DNA from: an uncultured Candidatus Saccharibacteria bacterium
GTDB taxonomy: Bacteria > Patescibacteriota > Minisyncoccia > Minisyncoccales > CAYZYK01
DNA length: 64,000 nt
Reading direction: 5' to 3'
Assembly: GCA_964482615.1 (NCBI GenBank)
Contig: CAYZYK010000001.1
Coordinates: 2,144-66,143, forward strand
In this document: piece by piece, positions 7,823 to 17,333 of the stretch
Layout: every line of letters begins with the position of its first letter
How positions within the stretch are numbered: position 1 is the stretch's first letter
Position numbers and translations under genes: made by a program
The notes under the pieces: model-generated
What the model was told of the DNA's origin: nothing
The model's input: the letters and a program-made list of their open reading frames with translations, nothing else
Database searches by the model: none

Positions 7823-10800
7823 TTATTTTTTCTTCTTTTTCTTCTTGTTTTTTTGTATTTTCCGATTATATTTTCGAATTCTTCTCTTTCTATAGTTTCT
7901 TTTTCAATTAAAGTTTGAGCTAACTTATTAAGTAGTTTTTTATTTTTCTTTAAAACCTTTGTTGCTTCTTTTTCAGCAGCCTTTATAAATTTACTTATTT
8001 CTTTATCAATCTTAGAAGCTACTTTTTCAGAATAATCTTTTTGTTCTGCCATTTCATTGCCCAAAAATACCATTTCTTCTTCTGATCCGTAGGTTACAGG
8101 CCCTAGAGAAGACATACCATATTTTTTAACCAATTTACGAGCTAATTGAGTTGCTGTCTTAAGGTCGTTTGATGCTCCGGTAGTTATTTCTCCAAACTTT
8201 ATATTCTCAGCACAATATCCACCCAATAAGGTGGTGAGTTCTGCTGAAAATTCAGACTTAGTTTTCATTTTTTTCTCCTCTCTTGGCATTTTCAAAGTAT
8301 AGCCCGCTGCCATGCCCCTGGCAATTATTGATATTTTCCTAACAGGTTCTGCTTTGGGAGAGAAAGTAGAAGCTAAAGCATGTCCTGCCTCGTGAAAAGC
8401 AGCTATTTTCTTTTCTTGCTCAGACAAAACGTGACTTTTTCTTTCGGGTCCCAAGAGAACCTTTTCAATTGATTCTAATAATTCTTCTTGATGAACTTTA
8501 GATTTGTTTCTTTTTGCAGCAAGTATAGCTGCTTCGTTCATTAAATTGGCTAAATCAGCTCCCGAAAATCCTGGAGTTCTTTCTGCTACTTCTCTTAAAT
8601 TACAATCCGAATCTAAAGGTTTTCCTTTAGAATGAATTTTTAATATCTTTTCTCTGTCATTTATATCAGGTAGATTTAAGACCACTCTCCTGTCAAACCT
8701 CCCTGGTCTCAAAAGAGCGGGGTCTAAGACATCGGGTCTGTTCGTTGCTGCAGCAACGATAATAGAAGATTCTCTCTCAAAACCATCCATTTCAGTTAAA
8801 ATCTGATTCAATGTTTGTTCTCTTTCATCGTGACCCCCACCAATTCCAGCTCCTCTTCTTCTGCCAACAGCATCCAGTTCATCAATGAAAACAATGGCTG
8901 GTTGGTTCTTTTTGGCAGTAGAAAATAAATCTCTTACTCTACTGTTGTGCAAAAGAGTTGGTTTTTCTCCACCAAAGAAAGCTTCATTTTGGCAACCACA
9001 AAGATCATAAACATAGCCAGAGTAGGGTCTTTTTGTAACCTTTTTAACAATTGGTTTCTTGAGTTGATTGGGGGAATTTTTAATTTTTCTAAATGGATGA
9101 GAGGTCTTTCCAATTCTAAGAACCCAATAGGTAGTCTGAGGAAGGGGTCTGTCCTTAGTTTTTCTTCCTTTTTTAGTTTTGGCCTCTCTAATACTTGCTT
9201 GTATTCCATGCATTGCACAAAGCCAAGCTAATTCTTTGATAAGTTGATGACTCACAGAACTGACAGTTAGCCTTCCTTCTTGGGTAGTGTATCCATCTCC
9301 TCTATAAAGCCCCTTTAAATAATTTAAAAAGTAATTTTTGGGTAGTTCCCATAGGAATTCAGGAATATGCTTGTGGTGACTACCATTTCCACAATGTTTT
9401 TCAAAAAATTCTCCCAATACTTTACCAAAAAAAGCAATTCTACAACTATTGTCTTCAGTAAAAGTTACATATGGTTCTTGGTTAGTTAATAATTTATTCA
9501 TTAAAGAAATACAATCTTGATGAAGTTTTTTTTCATGGCTGCCAAATATAAATTCTACTCCATATTCAATTTTTCTTCCTTCAGCGGTATAATATCCTAG
9601 AAGTTTCATTAAAGAGGGGGTGGTTTTTATTTCCTGAGGAATTTCTCTTTCCTGATAATTCTTCGCTAACCAAAGGTCCCTAGGTTGATATTTATTTCTT
9701 TGCCAATTGCTGATTGTTGTTTGAGATACTCCAAGTTGGTCAGCTAATTCATGTTGGTAAACTTTTCCTTGTCTAGCTAAAGCAAAACTAAATTTTTCTT
9801 CTAACTCCTCAATCTCAAAATTTTTATTCCATATCGGTAGAACCTTCTTTTTTGTTTTTTTGAATTGATGAGATTTTACTTTGTGGGTTGTTCCAACTCC
9901 AGGCACAAAAGTACTTCTTACCTTGAAAGGTAAATTAACTAGGATATCTCCAGGATTTAAGTCTTTTGCTTTTTTTGGGGTAATAAGATTTCTAGCTCGC
10001 ACAAACACGCTGTGATCACCGGTGGTTTTAATTTTTCCTCCTAAATATTTAATTTCATAAATTTCATCAACTTTATGGCGATAAACACCTTTTATTTGTT
10101 GCCAACAACTTCTTCCAAAAAACTTCTTAGTTGAGTTTTTAGAAGCACTCCCAAATTTTGTATCTAAAGATTTGTATCCTAAAGTTTTTATCCCTATAAC
10201 TGGAATTACATAATCGTCTTTTTTTTGAGGGTAGAATTGATCAACAAGCTCTGAGATTGGCAAAAGCTTGGTCTCGTTTTCAGTTTTAACTAATATTGGA
10301 GTATCACCAGTTACACTGGCTCCGACTCCGACAAATAACTCAATAAATTCAGAACCAGAAATTGAATAAAAGGGTACTTTAGCTTCGTTTGCTACCGCTC
10401 TGGCTAATAAGGTTTTTCCGGTTCCAGGAGCGCCCACCAGTAGTATTCCTTTAGGAATTCTTGCCCCCATTTTTAAATATTTCTTTGGCTTTTTTAAAAA
10501 ATCAACTACCTCTTTTAATTCTTCTTTGGCGTTTTCAAGTCCTGCAACGTCGTCAAAAGTAACCTTTTCTTTAGTTCCGCCCTTGGCCCCAAACAAACGG
10601 GCTTTTGCTTTCGAAAAATCAAGAGCCTGCATAGCTCCACCCTTAGCGCGCCTTAAGAGCAACCAAAAGAAAATTCCGAAGACAGCCAGAGGTAATATTC
10701 CAAAAATTAATAAAGGAAATAACCAAGAACTTAAACTTTCTTTTTTTTCTTCAACCTCAATTGTTAATTGGTTTGATTCTGTTAATTGGTTTAATTTTTC

Positions 10801-11070
10801 TTTTTCGGTCCCATAGGTTACAAGGGCTTCAAACAGGGGAGTGTCTGATTCTTTTCGGGAGATTGCCTTTTCATCATTTTTGTAGAAAACAGTTAATTCT
10901 TCCCCCGCAACAATAATTTTTTTAACCTCTTCTTGATTAATTTTTTTTGCTAATTCTGTTATACTAATCTTATTTTCGGACTCAAAGGGCTGGGCAACTA
11001 AACTAAAAACGCCTCCGATTATGAGAAAAATCAGGATTATGAAAATAAAGTTTTTAATTAATTTATTCAT
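7813..11070 (-). CDS. ftsH: ATP-dependent zinc metalloprotease FtsH, containing a ~458-aa intein between Walker A and Walker B
   Basis: N-terminal TM plus GILLVGAPGTGKTLLARAVANEAKVPFYSISGSEFIELFVGVGA|[intein]|SRVRDLFSTAKKNQPAIVFIDELDAVGRRRG...; zinc site FHEAGHAL; C-terminal protease domain. The stop TAG at 7815-7813 overlaps the 5' end of the adjacent tRNA by ~10 nt. Confidence 0.9.
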   Translation of the reverse strand: MNKLIKNFIFIILIFLIIGGVFSLVAQPFESENKISITELAKKINQEEVKKIIVAGEELTVFYKNDEKAISRKESDTPLFEALVTYGTEKEKLNQLTESNQLTIEVEEKKESLSSWLFPLLIFGILPLAVFGIFFWLLLRRAKGGAMQALDFSKAKARLFGAKGGTKEKVTFDDVAGLENAKEELKEVVDFLKKPKKYLKMGARIPKGILLVGAPGTGKTLLARAVANEAKVPFYSISGSEFIELFVGVGASVTGDTPILVKTENETKLLPISELVDQFYPQKKDDYVIPVIGIKTLGYKSLDTKFGSASKNSTKKFFGRSCWQQIKGVYRHKVDEIYEIKYLGGKIKTTGDHSVFVRARNLITPKKAKDLNPGDILVNLPFKVRSTFVPGVGTTHKVKSHQFKKTKKKVLPIWNKNFEIEELEEKFSFALARQGKVYQHELADQLGVSQTTISNWQRNKYQPRDLWLAKNYQEREIPQEIKTTPSLMKLLGYYTAEGRKIEYGVEFIFGSHEKKLHQDCISLMNKLLTNQEPYVTFTEDNSCRIAFFGKVLGEFFEKHCGNGSHHKHIPEFLWELPKNYFLNYLKGLYRGDGYTTQEGRLTVSSVSHQLIKELAWLCAMHGIQASIREAKTKKGRKTKDRPLPQTTYWVLRIGKTSHPFRKIKNSPNQLKKPIVKKVTKRPYSGYVYDLCGCQNEAFFGGEKPTLLHNSRVRDLFSTAKKNQPAIVFIDELDAVGRRRGAGIGGGHDEREQTLNQILTEMDGFERESSIIVAAATNRPDVLDPALLRPGRFDRRVVLNLPDINDREKILKIHSKGKPLDSDCNLREVAERTPGFSGADLANLMNEAAILAAKRNKSKVHQEELLESIEKVLLGPERKSHVLSEQEKKIAAFHEAGHALASTFSPKAEPVRKISIIARGMAAGYTLKMPREEKKMKTKSEFSAELTTLLGGYCAENIKFGEITTGASNDLKTATQLARKLVKKYGMSSLGPVTYGSEEEMVFLGNEMAEQKDYSEKVASKIDKEISKFIKAAEKEATKVLKKNKKLLNKLAQTLIEKETIEREEFENIIGKYKKTRRKRRKNKRV
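8944..10317 (-). mobile_element. Intein in FtsH (Ser1 ... HN, +1 Ser) with a LAGLIDADG homing-endonuclease domain and an HTH motif
   Basis: Extein sequence FVGVGA / SRVRDLF is contiguous in intein-free FtsH. The insert starts SVTGDTPILVK and ends YVYDLCGCQNEAFFGGEKPTLLHN. Internal motifs are LLGYYTAEGR and YLKGLYRGDGY (LAGLIDADG pair) and HELADQLGVSQTTISNWQRN (HTH). Boundaries were checked at nucleotide level: codon AGT at 10317-10315 and AAC at 8946-8944. Confidence 0.8.
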
Positions 11071-11180
11071 TCTTTCTTAAAACTAATATTAGACGATTAT
11101 TTTTATCCTCTATGCCTTATACAATAGCAGAAAAATTCTCAGAAATCAACTCTAAATTATAATTAAATTAAAAAGAAAAG

Positions 11181-11945
11181 TCCCCCGCGGGATAGCGCAA
11201 GGGACTCGGGATAGACAGGGATTATAGGTTTGTAAGAGGTTAGTTGGCGTTCACGACGTTCTCCAGGAAGCTGATAGCTTTCTGGAACGTCCTAAGAATT
11301 TTATACGTGCGGTTGCCCTCGACTTTCTCCCAGAAGGCTTTCTTTCTCTGGGCAGCCTTCTGTTTGAGGTCGCTTAGGTAGATGCTCTTCTTTTCGCAGG
11401 CAAACTCCAATTCGGCCCAGGCGACGTTAAAGGCCACTTGGTCCAAGATTCGGTATCCCTCCCACACCCGGGGATACATAGCTTTGCACCTTCGCAGAGT
11501 TTCCTCGGGTATGGAACTTGCTGCGGTCCTTCGGGCCCACTCCGTCAAGGAATTGGTACCCTCGATCTCCTCGATTTCCTCAAGAGAACCGGAGATGAGA
11601 AGTTGTTCTATCTCCTTTCTCTGGTCCTCAAAAGAGCTGTAGCAGGCCCCACAGACGATGTCCTGTATTTTCTGCTTCTCCTCCCCGCAGACCGGACAGG
11701 ACCGGATTAGCTTTTCGGCCTCGTCCAGGACCGGGTTGAGCTCTTTCTCAACCCATGCGCGAAGATCTTCGCGGCTGGCGCCGTAGCCCAGATTCTGGGG
11801 AACCTGGGGGTCTTCCTGTCCGTTTATTTCTTTCACGTAAGGGCTTTGCTGATGGGTGTTGGTACCCATTTGATTCTTCCTCCTTGAGGTTGGATTGCGT
11901 CGAAACTACGCTACTGTGGACCTATCCCTATCCCTGTCTATATTA
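11181..11945 (-). mobile_element. Compositionally foreign GC-rich island (about 55% GC against ~33% background) bounded by imperfect inverted repeats sharing ATAGACAGGGAT (left 11205-11225, right 11920-11945). It contains one ORF and its own terminator.
   Basis: The GC shift is abrupt at both edges. Left end: GGGATAGCGCAAGGGACTCGGGATAGACAGGGATTATAGG. Right end is the reverse complement of CCTAATATAGACAGGGATAGGGATAGG. Hairpin AGTCCC...GGGACT (11181-11207) is followed on the minus strand by TTTTCTTTTT, a terminator for the internal ORF. No transposase was recognised. Confidence 0.55.
11240..11869 (-). CDS. Hypothetical 209-aa acidic protein with a C-x2-C-x11-C-x2-C zinc-ribbon. Foreign GC3-rich codon usage, perfect Shine-Dalgarno.
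   Basis: AAGGAGGAAGAATCAAATG start context. Codons are mostly G/C-ending (cag, ccc, ggc, cgc, ctg), unlike all neighbouring genes. Motif SCPVCGEEKQKIQDIVCGAC. No family recognised. The overlapping plus-strand ORFs in the track are high-GC artefacts. Confidence 0.6.
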   Translation of the reverse strand: MGTNTHQQSPYVKEINGQEDPQVPQNLGYGASREDLRAWVEKELNPVLDEAEKLIRSCPVCGEEKQKIQDIVCGACYSSFEDQRKEIEQLLISGSLEEIEEIEGTNSLTEWARRTAASSIPEETLRRCKAMYPRVWEGYRILDQVAFNVAWAELEFACEKKSIYLSDLKQKAAQRKKAFWEKVEGNRTYKILRTFQKAISFLENVVNAN

Positions 11946-11957
11946 GGTACTATTCCT

Positions 11958-11986
11958 ATTATAACTTAAAACAAAAAACTTGTCAA
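11958..11986 (-). promoter_or_regulatory. Consensus sigma70 promoter (TTGACA-17-TATAAT) on the minus strand, reading into the island. Its -35 overlaps the 3' stem of the rpsA terminator hairpin.
   Basis: Minus-strand read: CTTGACAAGTTTTTTGTTTTAAGTTATAATAGG. -35 at 11986-11981, -10 at 11963-11958. The rpsA terminator ACTTGTC-N9-GACAAGT+T-run (11977-12000) overlaps it. Confidence 0.45.
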
Positions 11987-12030
11987 GAGTTTAGACAAGT
12001 TAATAGAAATTTATTATTTCCAAAAAGATA

Positions 12031-13107
12031 TTATTCCTCTGTTAAAGTTAAAGTTACTCTATATTGTTCTGGTTCAATTGATAAGATTTTGAATTTGTAT
12101 TTTTTCCCTATTTCCAACGTATTTTCCATTTTTTCTTTTGTTCTAAACTCAGAAATATGACAAAGACCTTGAATTTTAGGGGTGATTTGAACAAAAGCAC
12201 CAAAAGGATTAAACTTTGTGACTTCTCCCTCAACAACATCTCCTTTTTGGTGTTCTTTCTCGAATTCTTTCCAGGGATCCTTTTTCAATCTTTTCAAAGA
12301 CAAGAAAACCTGGTTGTTTTCATCAATTTTAATAATCTGAGCTTGAATAGTATCTCCCACTTTAACTATATCTGAAGGGTCTTCAATTAGTTGCCAATCT
12401 AGTTCTGATATATGACAAAGACCTTCAATTTGAGAAGTTTCTTTTTTTTCTTCTGCTGGGAACTTTATAAACGCTCCAAAATCTGCAATACCACTTATTT
12501 TACCTTTTATTACATCTCCCTCTTTGTATTCTTTCAATACTTCTTTGATTTCCTCTTTTGTTTTTGCTTTTTCAGATAGAATTAATTTATCTTCTTTTTT
12601 GTCCAAATCAAGTATTTTAACTTCTAAAGTTTCTCCAATAAACTCTTGAAGTTTCTTGAGAATCTTTTCTTTATTTCCATCTTCAACTCTTGGATAGTGT
12701 TCTGGTGAAAGCTGGGAAACAGGTAAAAAGGCCTTAATACTTTTTACTTTAGATAAAAGTCCTCCTTTGTTTGCCCCCAGGATTTGGACATCTATAGTTT
12801 CTCCTTTTTTCTTTTTCTCTTTTAATTTTTCCCAAGCCATTTCTTTTTCAGCTTGACTCAGAGAAAGTTCTCTGTATCCATCTTCGTTTTCTAAGTCAAC
12901 TATTTTAGCTGAGACCTTATCTCCCAAATCAACCTTTTTTAAAGAGTCTCTTGCTCTTTGATACTCCCTGCCGTAGATTATACCGGTTCCGTAAAGCCCC
13001 AAATCAACAAAAACAGCAGCTCTGTCTCTAGCTATAATTTCTCCTTCAACTATCTCTCCCACAGAAGGTGGTCCTATTAAATTTTTAGTCTTTTTCATAT
13101 TTTGCAC
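12031..13107 (-). CDS. rpsA: 30S ribosomal protein S1 (short, four S1 domains)
   Basis: 358 aa with four S1-fold repeats (GEIVEGEIIARDRAAVFVDLG..., DVQILGANKGGLL..., GDVIKGKISGIADFGAFIKF..., GDVVEGEVTKFNPFGAFVQI...). Confidence 0.8.
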   Translation of the reverse strand: MQNMKKTKNLIGPPSVGEIVEGEIIARDRAAVFVDLGLYGTGIIYGREYQRARDSLKKVDLGDKVSAKIVDLENEDGYRELSLSQAEKEMAWEKLKEKKKKGETIDVQILGANKGGLLSKVKSIKAFLPVSQLSPEHYPRVEDGNKEKILKKLQEFIGETLEVKILDLDKKEDKLILSEKAKTKEEIKEVLKEYKEGDVIKGKISGIADFGAFIKFPAEEKKETSQIEGLCHISELDWQLIEDPSDIVKVGDTIQAQIIKIDENNQVFLSLKRLKKDPWKEFEKEHQKGDVVEGEVTKFNPFGAFVQITPKIQGLCHISEFRTKEKMENTLEIGKKYKFKILSIEPEQYRVTLTLTEE

Positions 13108-13230
13108 AATAATGACATAATATAATATTATTGCATTTTTTTCAAGTCAACCCCCAAATCAGAAGTTGAATTTTTGTAAAAATTTTGTTAAAATTGAAGA
13201 ATAAAACAAGAATTAAAAAACTGATATACT

Positions 13231-13881
13231 ATGAAAATTACTTGGGCAGGTCAATCCTGCTTTAAAATTATTGTTTCAAAAGGAAGAAAGAAAGTAAAAA
13301 TAGCAATTGATCCCTTTGATAAGAAAGTAGGACTTAAAACACCCTCTTTTTCAGCTGACATTTTACTTGTAACTCATGATCATCACGACCATAATAATAC
13401 AAAAGCCATAAAAGGCAATCCCTTTTTGATTGATGGTCCGGGAGAGTATGAGGTAAAGAAGATTTTTATTAAAGGCATTTCTTCTTTTCATGACGATATT
13501 AAGGGGAAAGAGAGGGGAAAAAACACGATTTATACTATCAGAAATGGGGCAATGACACTATGTCACCTGGGAGACTTGGGACAGAAAGAATTAACCGATT
13601 CACAAGTTGAGAAGATAGGAACAGTTGATATTTTACTTGTTCCCGTAGGGGGAAATTTTACTATTTCAGCCCGAGAAGCTCAAGGCATAATTTCTCAGAT
13701 TGAACCTAAAATTGTTATCCCTATGCATTACAAAATTCCTAAACTTAAAGCAAAATTGGATAGTTTAAACAAATTCTTGAAGGTCATGGGTCAGAATTCA
13801 GTAAAAAAACAACCCAGCCTTTCCATTAAAGAAAAAAAACTGCCCAAAGAAAAAATGGAAATAGTGGTTCTTCATTCCTGA
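13231..13881 (+). CDS. Metallo-beta-lactamase-fold metal-dependent hydrolase (UPF0173-like)
   Basis: 216 aa; LLVTHDHHDHNN (HxHxDH zinc motif), later conserved His/Asp, overall YtkL/UPF0173-like. Confidence 0.65.
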   Translation: MKITWAGQSCFKIIVSKGRKKVKIAIDPFDKKVGLKTPSFSADILLVTHDHHDHNNTKAIKGNPFLIDGPGEYEVKKIFIKGISSFHDDIKGKERGKNTIYTIRNGAMTLCHLGDLGQKELTDSQVEKIGTVDILLVPVGGNFTISAREAQGIISQIEPKIVIPMHYKIPKLKAKLDSLNKFLKVMGQNSVKKQPSLSIKEKKLPKEKMEIVVLHS

Positions 13882-14315
13882 TGAAAAAAAAAGAGAAATT
13901 AAAAGAATTATTAAAGAAGAGTCAGAAACTATCCAAAAGGAAAAAAGAAGCAATTTTAATTTTAATAGTTGCTATCCTGGCATTAATCCTTGGTTATGTC
14001 TGGTTAAAACAAACCAAACAAAGACTAGAAGAATTCAGAAAAGAAGATTTAAGAGGAGAATATAATATTTCATCAATTAAAAAAGAAATAGAGAAGAACT
14101 TTCAGGAAATAAATCTTCCGGATATTGGGATAGAGAAAGAGAGAGTAGAAAGATTAAGAAAATTGATAGAAGAGAACCCAGAAGAGGCAGAGCTTTTACT
14201 TGAAAGAATAAAACAGGACCCCGAGAAAACAAATCAATTAATAGAAGATTTTGAAAAATCTTTAACAGAAAACGAAGAGAAAAGCTCTGTTGAAAACGAA
14301 CTAAAAAAAGAATAA
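13881..14315 (+). CDS. Hypothetical membrane-anchored K/E-rich coiled-coil protein
   Basis: 144 aa; one TM helix ([19 protein letters not shown]) then charged low-complexity sequence. Start overlaps the previous stop. Confidence 0.4.
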   Translation: MKKKEKLKELLKKSQKLSKRKKEAILILIVAILALILGYVWLKQTKQRLEEFRKEDLRGEYNISSIKKEIEKNFQEINLPDIGIEKERVERLRKLIEENPEEAELLLERIKQDPEKTNQLIEDFEKSLTENEEKSSVENELKKE

Positions 14316-14317
14316 AA

Positions 14318-16789
14318 ATGGTAAAATCTACAGAACAAAAAAACAAAATAGGCGAGGTTAAAGAGAGGAGAATAACAGAGGAGATGAAAGAAAGTTACAT
14401 TGATTATGCAATGTCTGTTATTATTTCAAGGGCTTTACCCGACGTAAGGGATGGATTGAAACCTGTTCACCGTAGGATTCTTTATGCTATGTACGAGATG
14501 GGACTGAGACACAATGGCAGGTTTAGAAAATCAGCTACTGTGGTTGGTGACACCTTGGGTAAATACCACCCTCACGGCGATGTAGCAGTTTATAATGCTC
14601 TAGTAAGAATGGTACAAGATTTTTCATTAAGATTGCCCCTTATTAGCGGCCAAGGAAACTTTGGGTCTCTTGATTCTGATCCCGCAGCCAGCATGAGATA
14701 TACAGAGTGCAGATTATCTCCAATTGGCGAGGGAATGTTAGCAGATATTGAAAAAGACACCGTTGATTTTATAGATAACTATGATGGAACAAGAAAAGAA
14801 CCCGTTGTTCTTCCTTCTCCCGTTCCTCAACTTTTATTAAACGGAGCTTTAGGAATTGCTGTTGGAATGGCAACCAGCATTCCTCCTCATAATCTATCTG
14901 AAATATGTAATGCTTGTTCTCATCTTATTGACAATCCCGATACTGAAACCTCAGATCTTTTTCAATTCATTAAAGGGCCTGATTTTCCTACTGGGGGAAT
15001 AATTTACAATAAAAAAGGAATGATTTCTGCTTACTCCCAGGGCAAAGGAAAGATTGTTTCCAGGGGAAAGGCTGATATAAAGAAAAAAAAGAAAGGTGGC
15101 GCTCAAATTGTGATTACTGAAATTCCTTATCAAGTTCAAAAGTCCAGCTTGGTTCAGAAAATGGCTGATTTAGTTTCCAACAAGAAGATAAAAGGAATAA
15201 GAGATATTAAAGATCTATCTGACAGGGAGGGTATGAGAATTTTGATAGATGTTAAAAAAGGAACTTCCCCTCGCAGGGTTTTAAATCGTCTCTACAAATT
15301 CACTGATCTTCAAAAGAATTTCTACTTGAATATGTTGGCTTTAGTTGATGGAATCCAACCCAAAATTCTTTCTTTAAGCGAAGCTCTCAATTACTTTATT
15401 GAGCATCGAAAGGAGGTTGTGAAAAGAAGAACTAAATTTGATTTGGAAAAAGCTAAGACAAGAGCTCATATTCTTGAAGGATTAAGTATTGCCATAAAGA
15501 ATATTGATAATGTTATAGCAACAATTAAAAAATCATCTAACAGGGATAAGGCAAAAACTAACTTAAAAAAGAAGTTTAAACTTTCCAACAAACAAGCAGA
15601 AGCTATTTTACAGATGAGGCTCCAATCTTTGGCCAAGCTTGAGAGAGAAAATATTGAGAAAGAACTTAAAGAAATAAAAGAAAAGATTAAAGAGTTAACC
15701 ACTATTCTAAAAAGCAAAAAGAAAATAAAAGGAATTATTAAAAAAGAACTTGAAGAAATAAAGAAAGAATACGGCGATGAAAGAAGAACAGAAGTTATTA
15801 TTGGAGGAATAAAAGAAATAAAAGAAGCAGATCTAGTCCCCCTTCAAGAAACCATTATTACTTTAACCGAAGGAGGTTATATTAAAAGATTAAAGCCCGG
15901 AACCTATAAGATTCAGAAAAGGGGAGGTAAAGGAATAATAGGAATGAAAACTATGAAGGGTGATATAGTAAAACATTTTGTCTCGGCCTCAACCCATGAT
16001 AAACTGCTTTTTTTCACCGACACAGGAAAGGCCTTTCAAACTAAAGTTTATGAGATTCCAGAAGGGAAGAGGGTAGCCCGAGGAAGAGGATTGGTTAACT
16101 TCTTGGATATTTCACCAAGAGAAAATGTACTTTCTTTGGTTCCCTTAAAGAAAGAAGAAGAGAAGGGGATAAAATATTTGGTTATGGTCACCAAAAATGG
16201 TAAAATTAAGAAAACGAAATTAGAGAAATTTAAAAACGTCAGAAGAACTGGAATCAGAGCTATAAAGTTGGGAAAAGGAGATTTGGTAAGAAAAGTCGTA
16301 AAAACAACAGGAAAAGATGAAATAATCTTAATTACCAAGAAAGGAAAATCAATAAGATTCAAAGAAAAAGAAGTAAGATCTATGGGAAGGGCAACTTATG
16401 GCGTAACAGGAATAAAACTGAGAAAGGGAGATGAAGTCATAGGTATGGATGTTATTCATAAAAAAGAAGACAAAAAGACAAAGAAGAAAAAATCAGTATT
16501 GGTAGTTACAGAAAAAGGTTATGGAAAAAGAACTAAACTTTCAAAGTACAGGACCCAAAAAAGAGGTGGAATAGGAATTAAGACAGCAAATATTACCAAA
16601 AAGACAGGAGAGATAGTTATCTCCAAAGTTCTGAGTTCAGAAGAGAAAGATCTGATTGTTATTTCTCGAAGAGGTCAGGTGATAAGAATTAAAATTAATT
16701 CTATCTCAACTCACAACAGAGCCACTCAGGGAGTAAGAATAATGAGATTGAAAGAAGGAGACGAGGTGGCTTCTGGAACCTGTATCTAA
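14318..16789 (+). CDS. gyrA: DNA gyrase subunit A (no intein)
   Basis: 823 aa; [33 protein letters not shown], active-site Tyr region, C-terminal beta-pinwheel repeats. Confidence 0.9.
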   Translation: MVKSTEQKNKIGEVKERRITEEMKESYIDYAMSVIISRALPDVRDGLKPVHRRILYAMYEMGLRHNGRFRKSATVVGDTLGKYHPHGDVAVYNALVRMVQDFSLRLPLISGQGNFGSLDSDPAASMRYTECRLSPIGEGMLADIEKDTVDFIDNYDGTRKEPVVLPSPVPQLLLNGALGIAVGMATSIPPHNLSEICNACSHLIDNPDTETSDLFQFIKGPDFPTGGIIYNKKGMISAYSQGKGKIVSRGKADIKKKKKGGAQIVITEIPYQVQKSSLVQKMADLVSNKKIKGIRDIKDLSDREGMRILIDVKKGTSPRRVLNRLYKFTDLQKNFYLNMLALVDGIQPKILSLSEALNYFIEHRKEVVKRRTKFDLEKAKTRAHILEGLSIAIKNIDNVIATIKKSSNRDKAKTNLKKKFKLSNKQAEAILQMRLQSLAKLERENIEKELKEIKEKIKELTTILKSKKKIKGIIKKELEEIKKEYGDERRTEVIIGGIKEIKEADLVPLQETIITLTEGGYIKRLKPGTYKIQKRGGKGIIGMKTMKGDIVKHFVSASTHDKLLFFTDTGKAFQTKVYEIPEGKRVARGRGLVNFLDISPRENVLSLVPLKKEEEKGIKYLVMVTKNGKIKKTKLEKFKNVRRTGIRAIKLGKGDLVRKVVKTTGKDEIILITKKGKSIRFKEKEVRSMGRATYGVTGIKLRKGDEVIGMDVIHKKEDKKTKKKKSVLVVTEKGYGKRTKLSKYRTQKRGGIGIKTANITKKTGEIVISKVLSSEEKDLIVISRRGQVIRIKINSISTHNRATQGVRIMRLKEGDEVASGTCI

Positions 16790-16802
16790 TTAACTCTATA
16801 TT

Positions 16803-17315
16803 ATGCTTAACCCAGAACAGGTTTTAAATAACCTTCAGTTAAAAGCAAATATGTCAGCTACAGAATTTGGTTCTGGAGCTGGAGGATTCAGTATTCCCCT
16901 AGCTAAAAGACTGAGACAGGGAAAGGTTTATGCTTTGGATATTCTAGAAGAGAAACTATCTGCTTTGAAGAATAAAGCAACCTTAGAAAAAATAGCAAAC
17001 ATTGAAACTATAATTTGTAACTTGGAAGCAGAAAAAGGATCTACCCTGCACAGAGAAAGCCAGGACATAGTTTTAATACCTAATATTTTGTTTCAAGCAG
17101 AAGATGAGGAGTCTATGATGAAAGAAGCTAAAAGAATCTTAAAACAAGGAGGTGAACTCCTTGTTTTAGATTGGAAAAAAGAATCTCCGCTTGGTCCCAG
17201 AGAGGGGAGAATTTCAAAAGAAGAAGTTAAAGAAATTGCAGAGAAAATAGGCTTGAAACTAAAGAAGGAATTTTCACCGGGTGATTACCATTATGGTTTG
17301 ATTTTTACAAAATAA
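16803..17315 (+). CDS. Class I SAM-dependent methyltransferase
   Basis: 170 aa; motif I EFGSGAGGFSIPLAK, acidic residue after beta-2 (YALDIL), LVLDW motif. Confidence 0.65.
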   Translation: MLNPEQVLNNLQLKANMSATEFGSGAGGFSIPLAKRLRQGKVYALDILEEKLSALKNKATLEKIANIETIICNLEAEKGSTLHRESQDIVLIPNILFQAEDEESMMKEAKRILKQGGELLVLDWKKESPLGPREGRISKEEVKEIAEKIGLKLKKEFSPGDYHYGLIFTK

Positions 17316-17333
17316 TTAATTTATAATATATTA

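Noticed and set aside
11181-11945. Whether the GC-rich island is a structured RNA gene (RNase P RNA or tmRNA), because GC-rich patches in AT-rich genomes often are
   Set aside because: There is an AAAGTCC match to the RNase P P4 5' strand near 11178. But the partner ACAG(A/G)A...CCGGCUUA strand is missing, and so are other universal RNase P/tmRNA blocks (tmRNA tag reading frame, T-arm-like 3' end). The region is better explained by a 630-nt ORF with SD and terminator.
11382-11946. Three plus-strand ORFs (86, 90 and 63 aa) overlapping the island gene
   Set aside because: They lie antisense to an ORF that has a perfect SD, a terminator and coherent GC3 codon usage. Long spurious ORFs are expected in GC-rich DNA. 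None has a ribosome-binding site or recognisable motif.
14318-16789. Checked gyrA and recA for inteins, since both are classic intein hosts
   Set aside because: Both align colinearly with intein-free homologues through the usual insertion sites; no insert is present.
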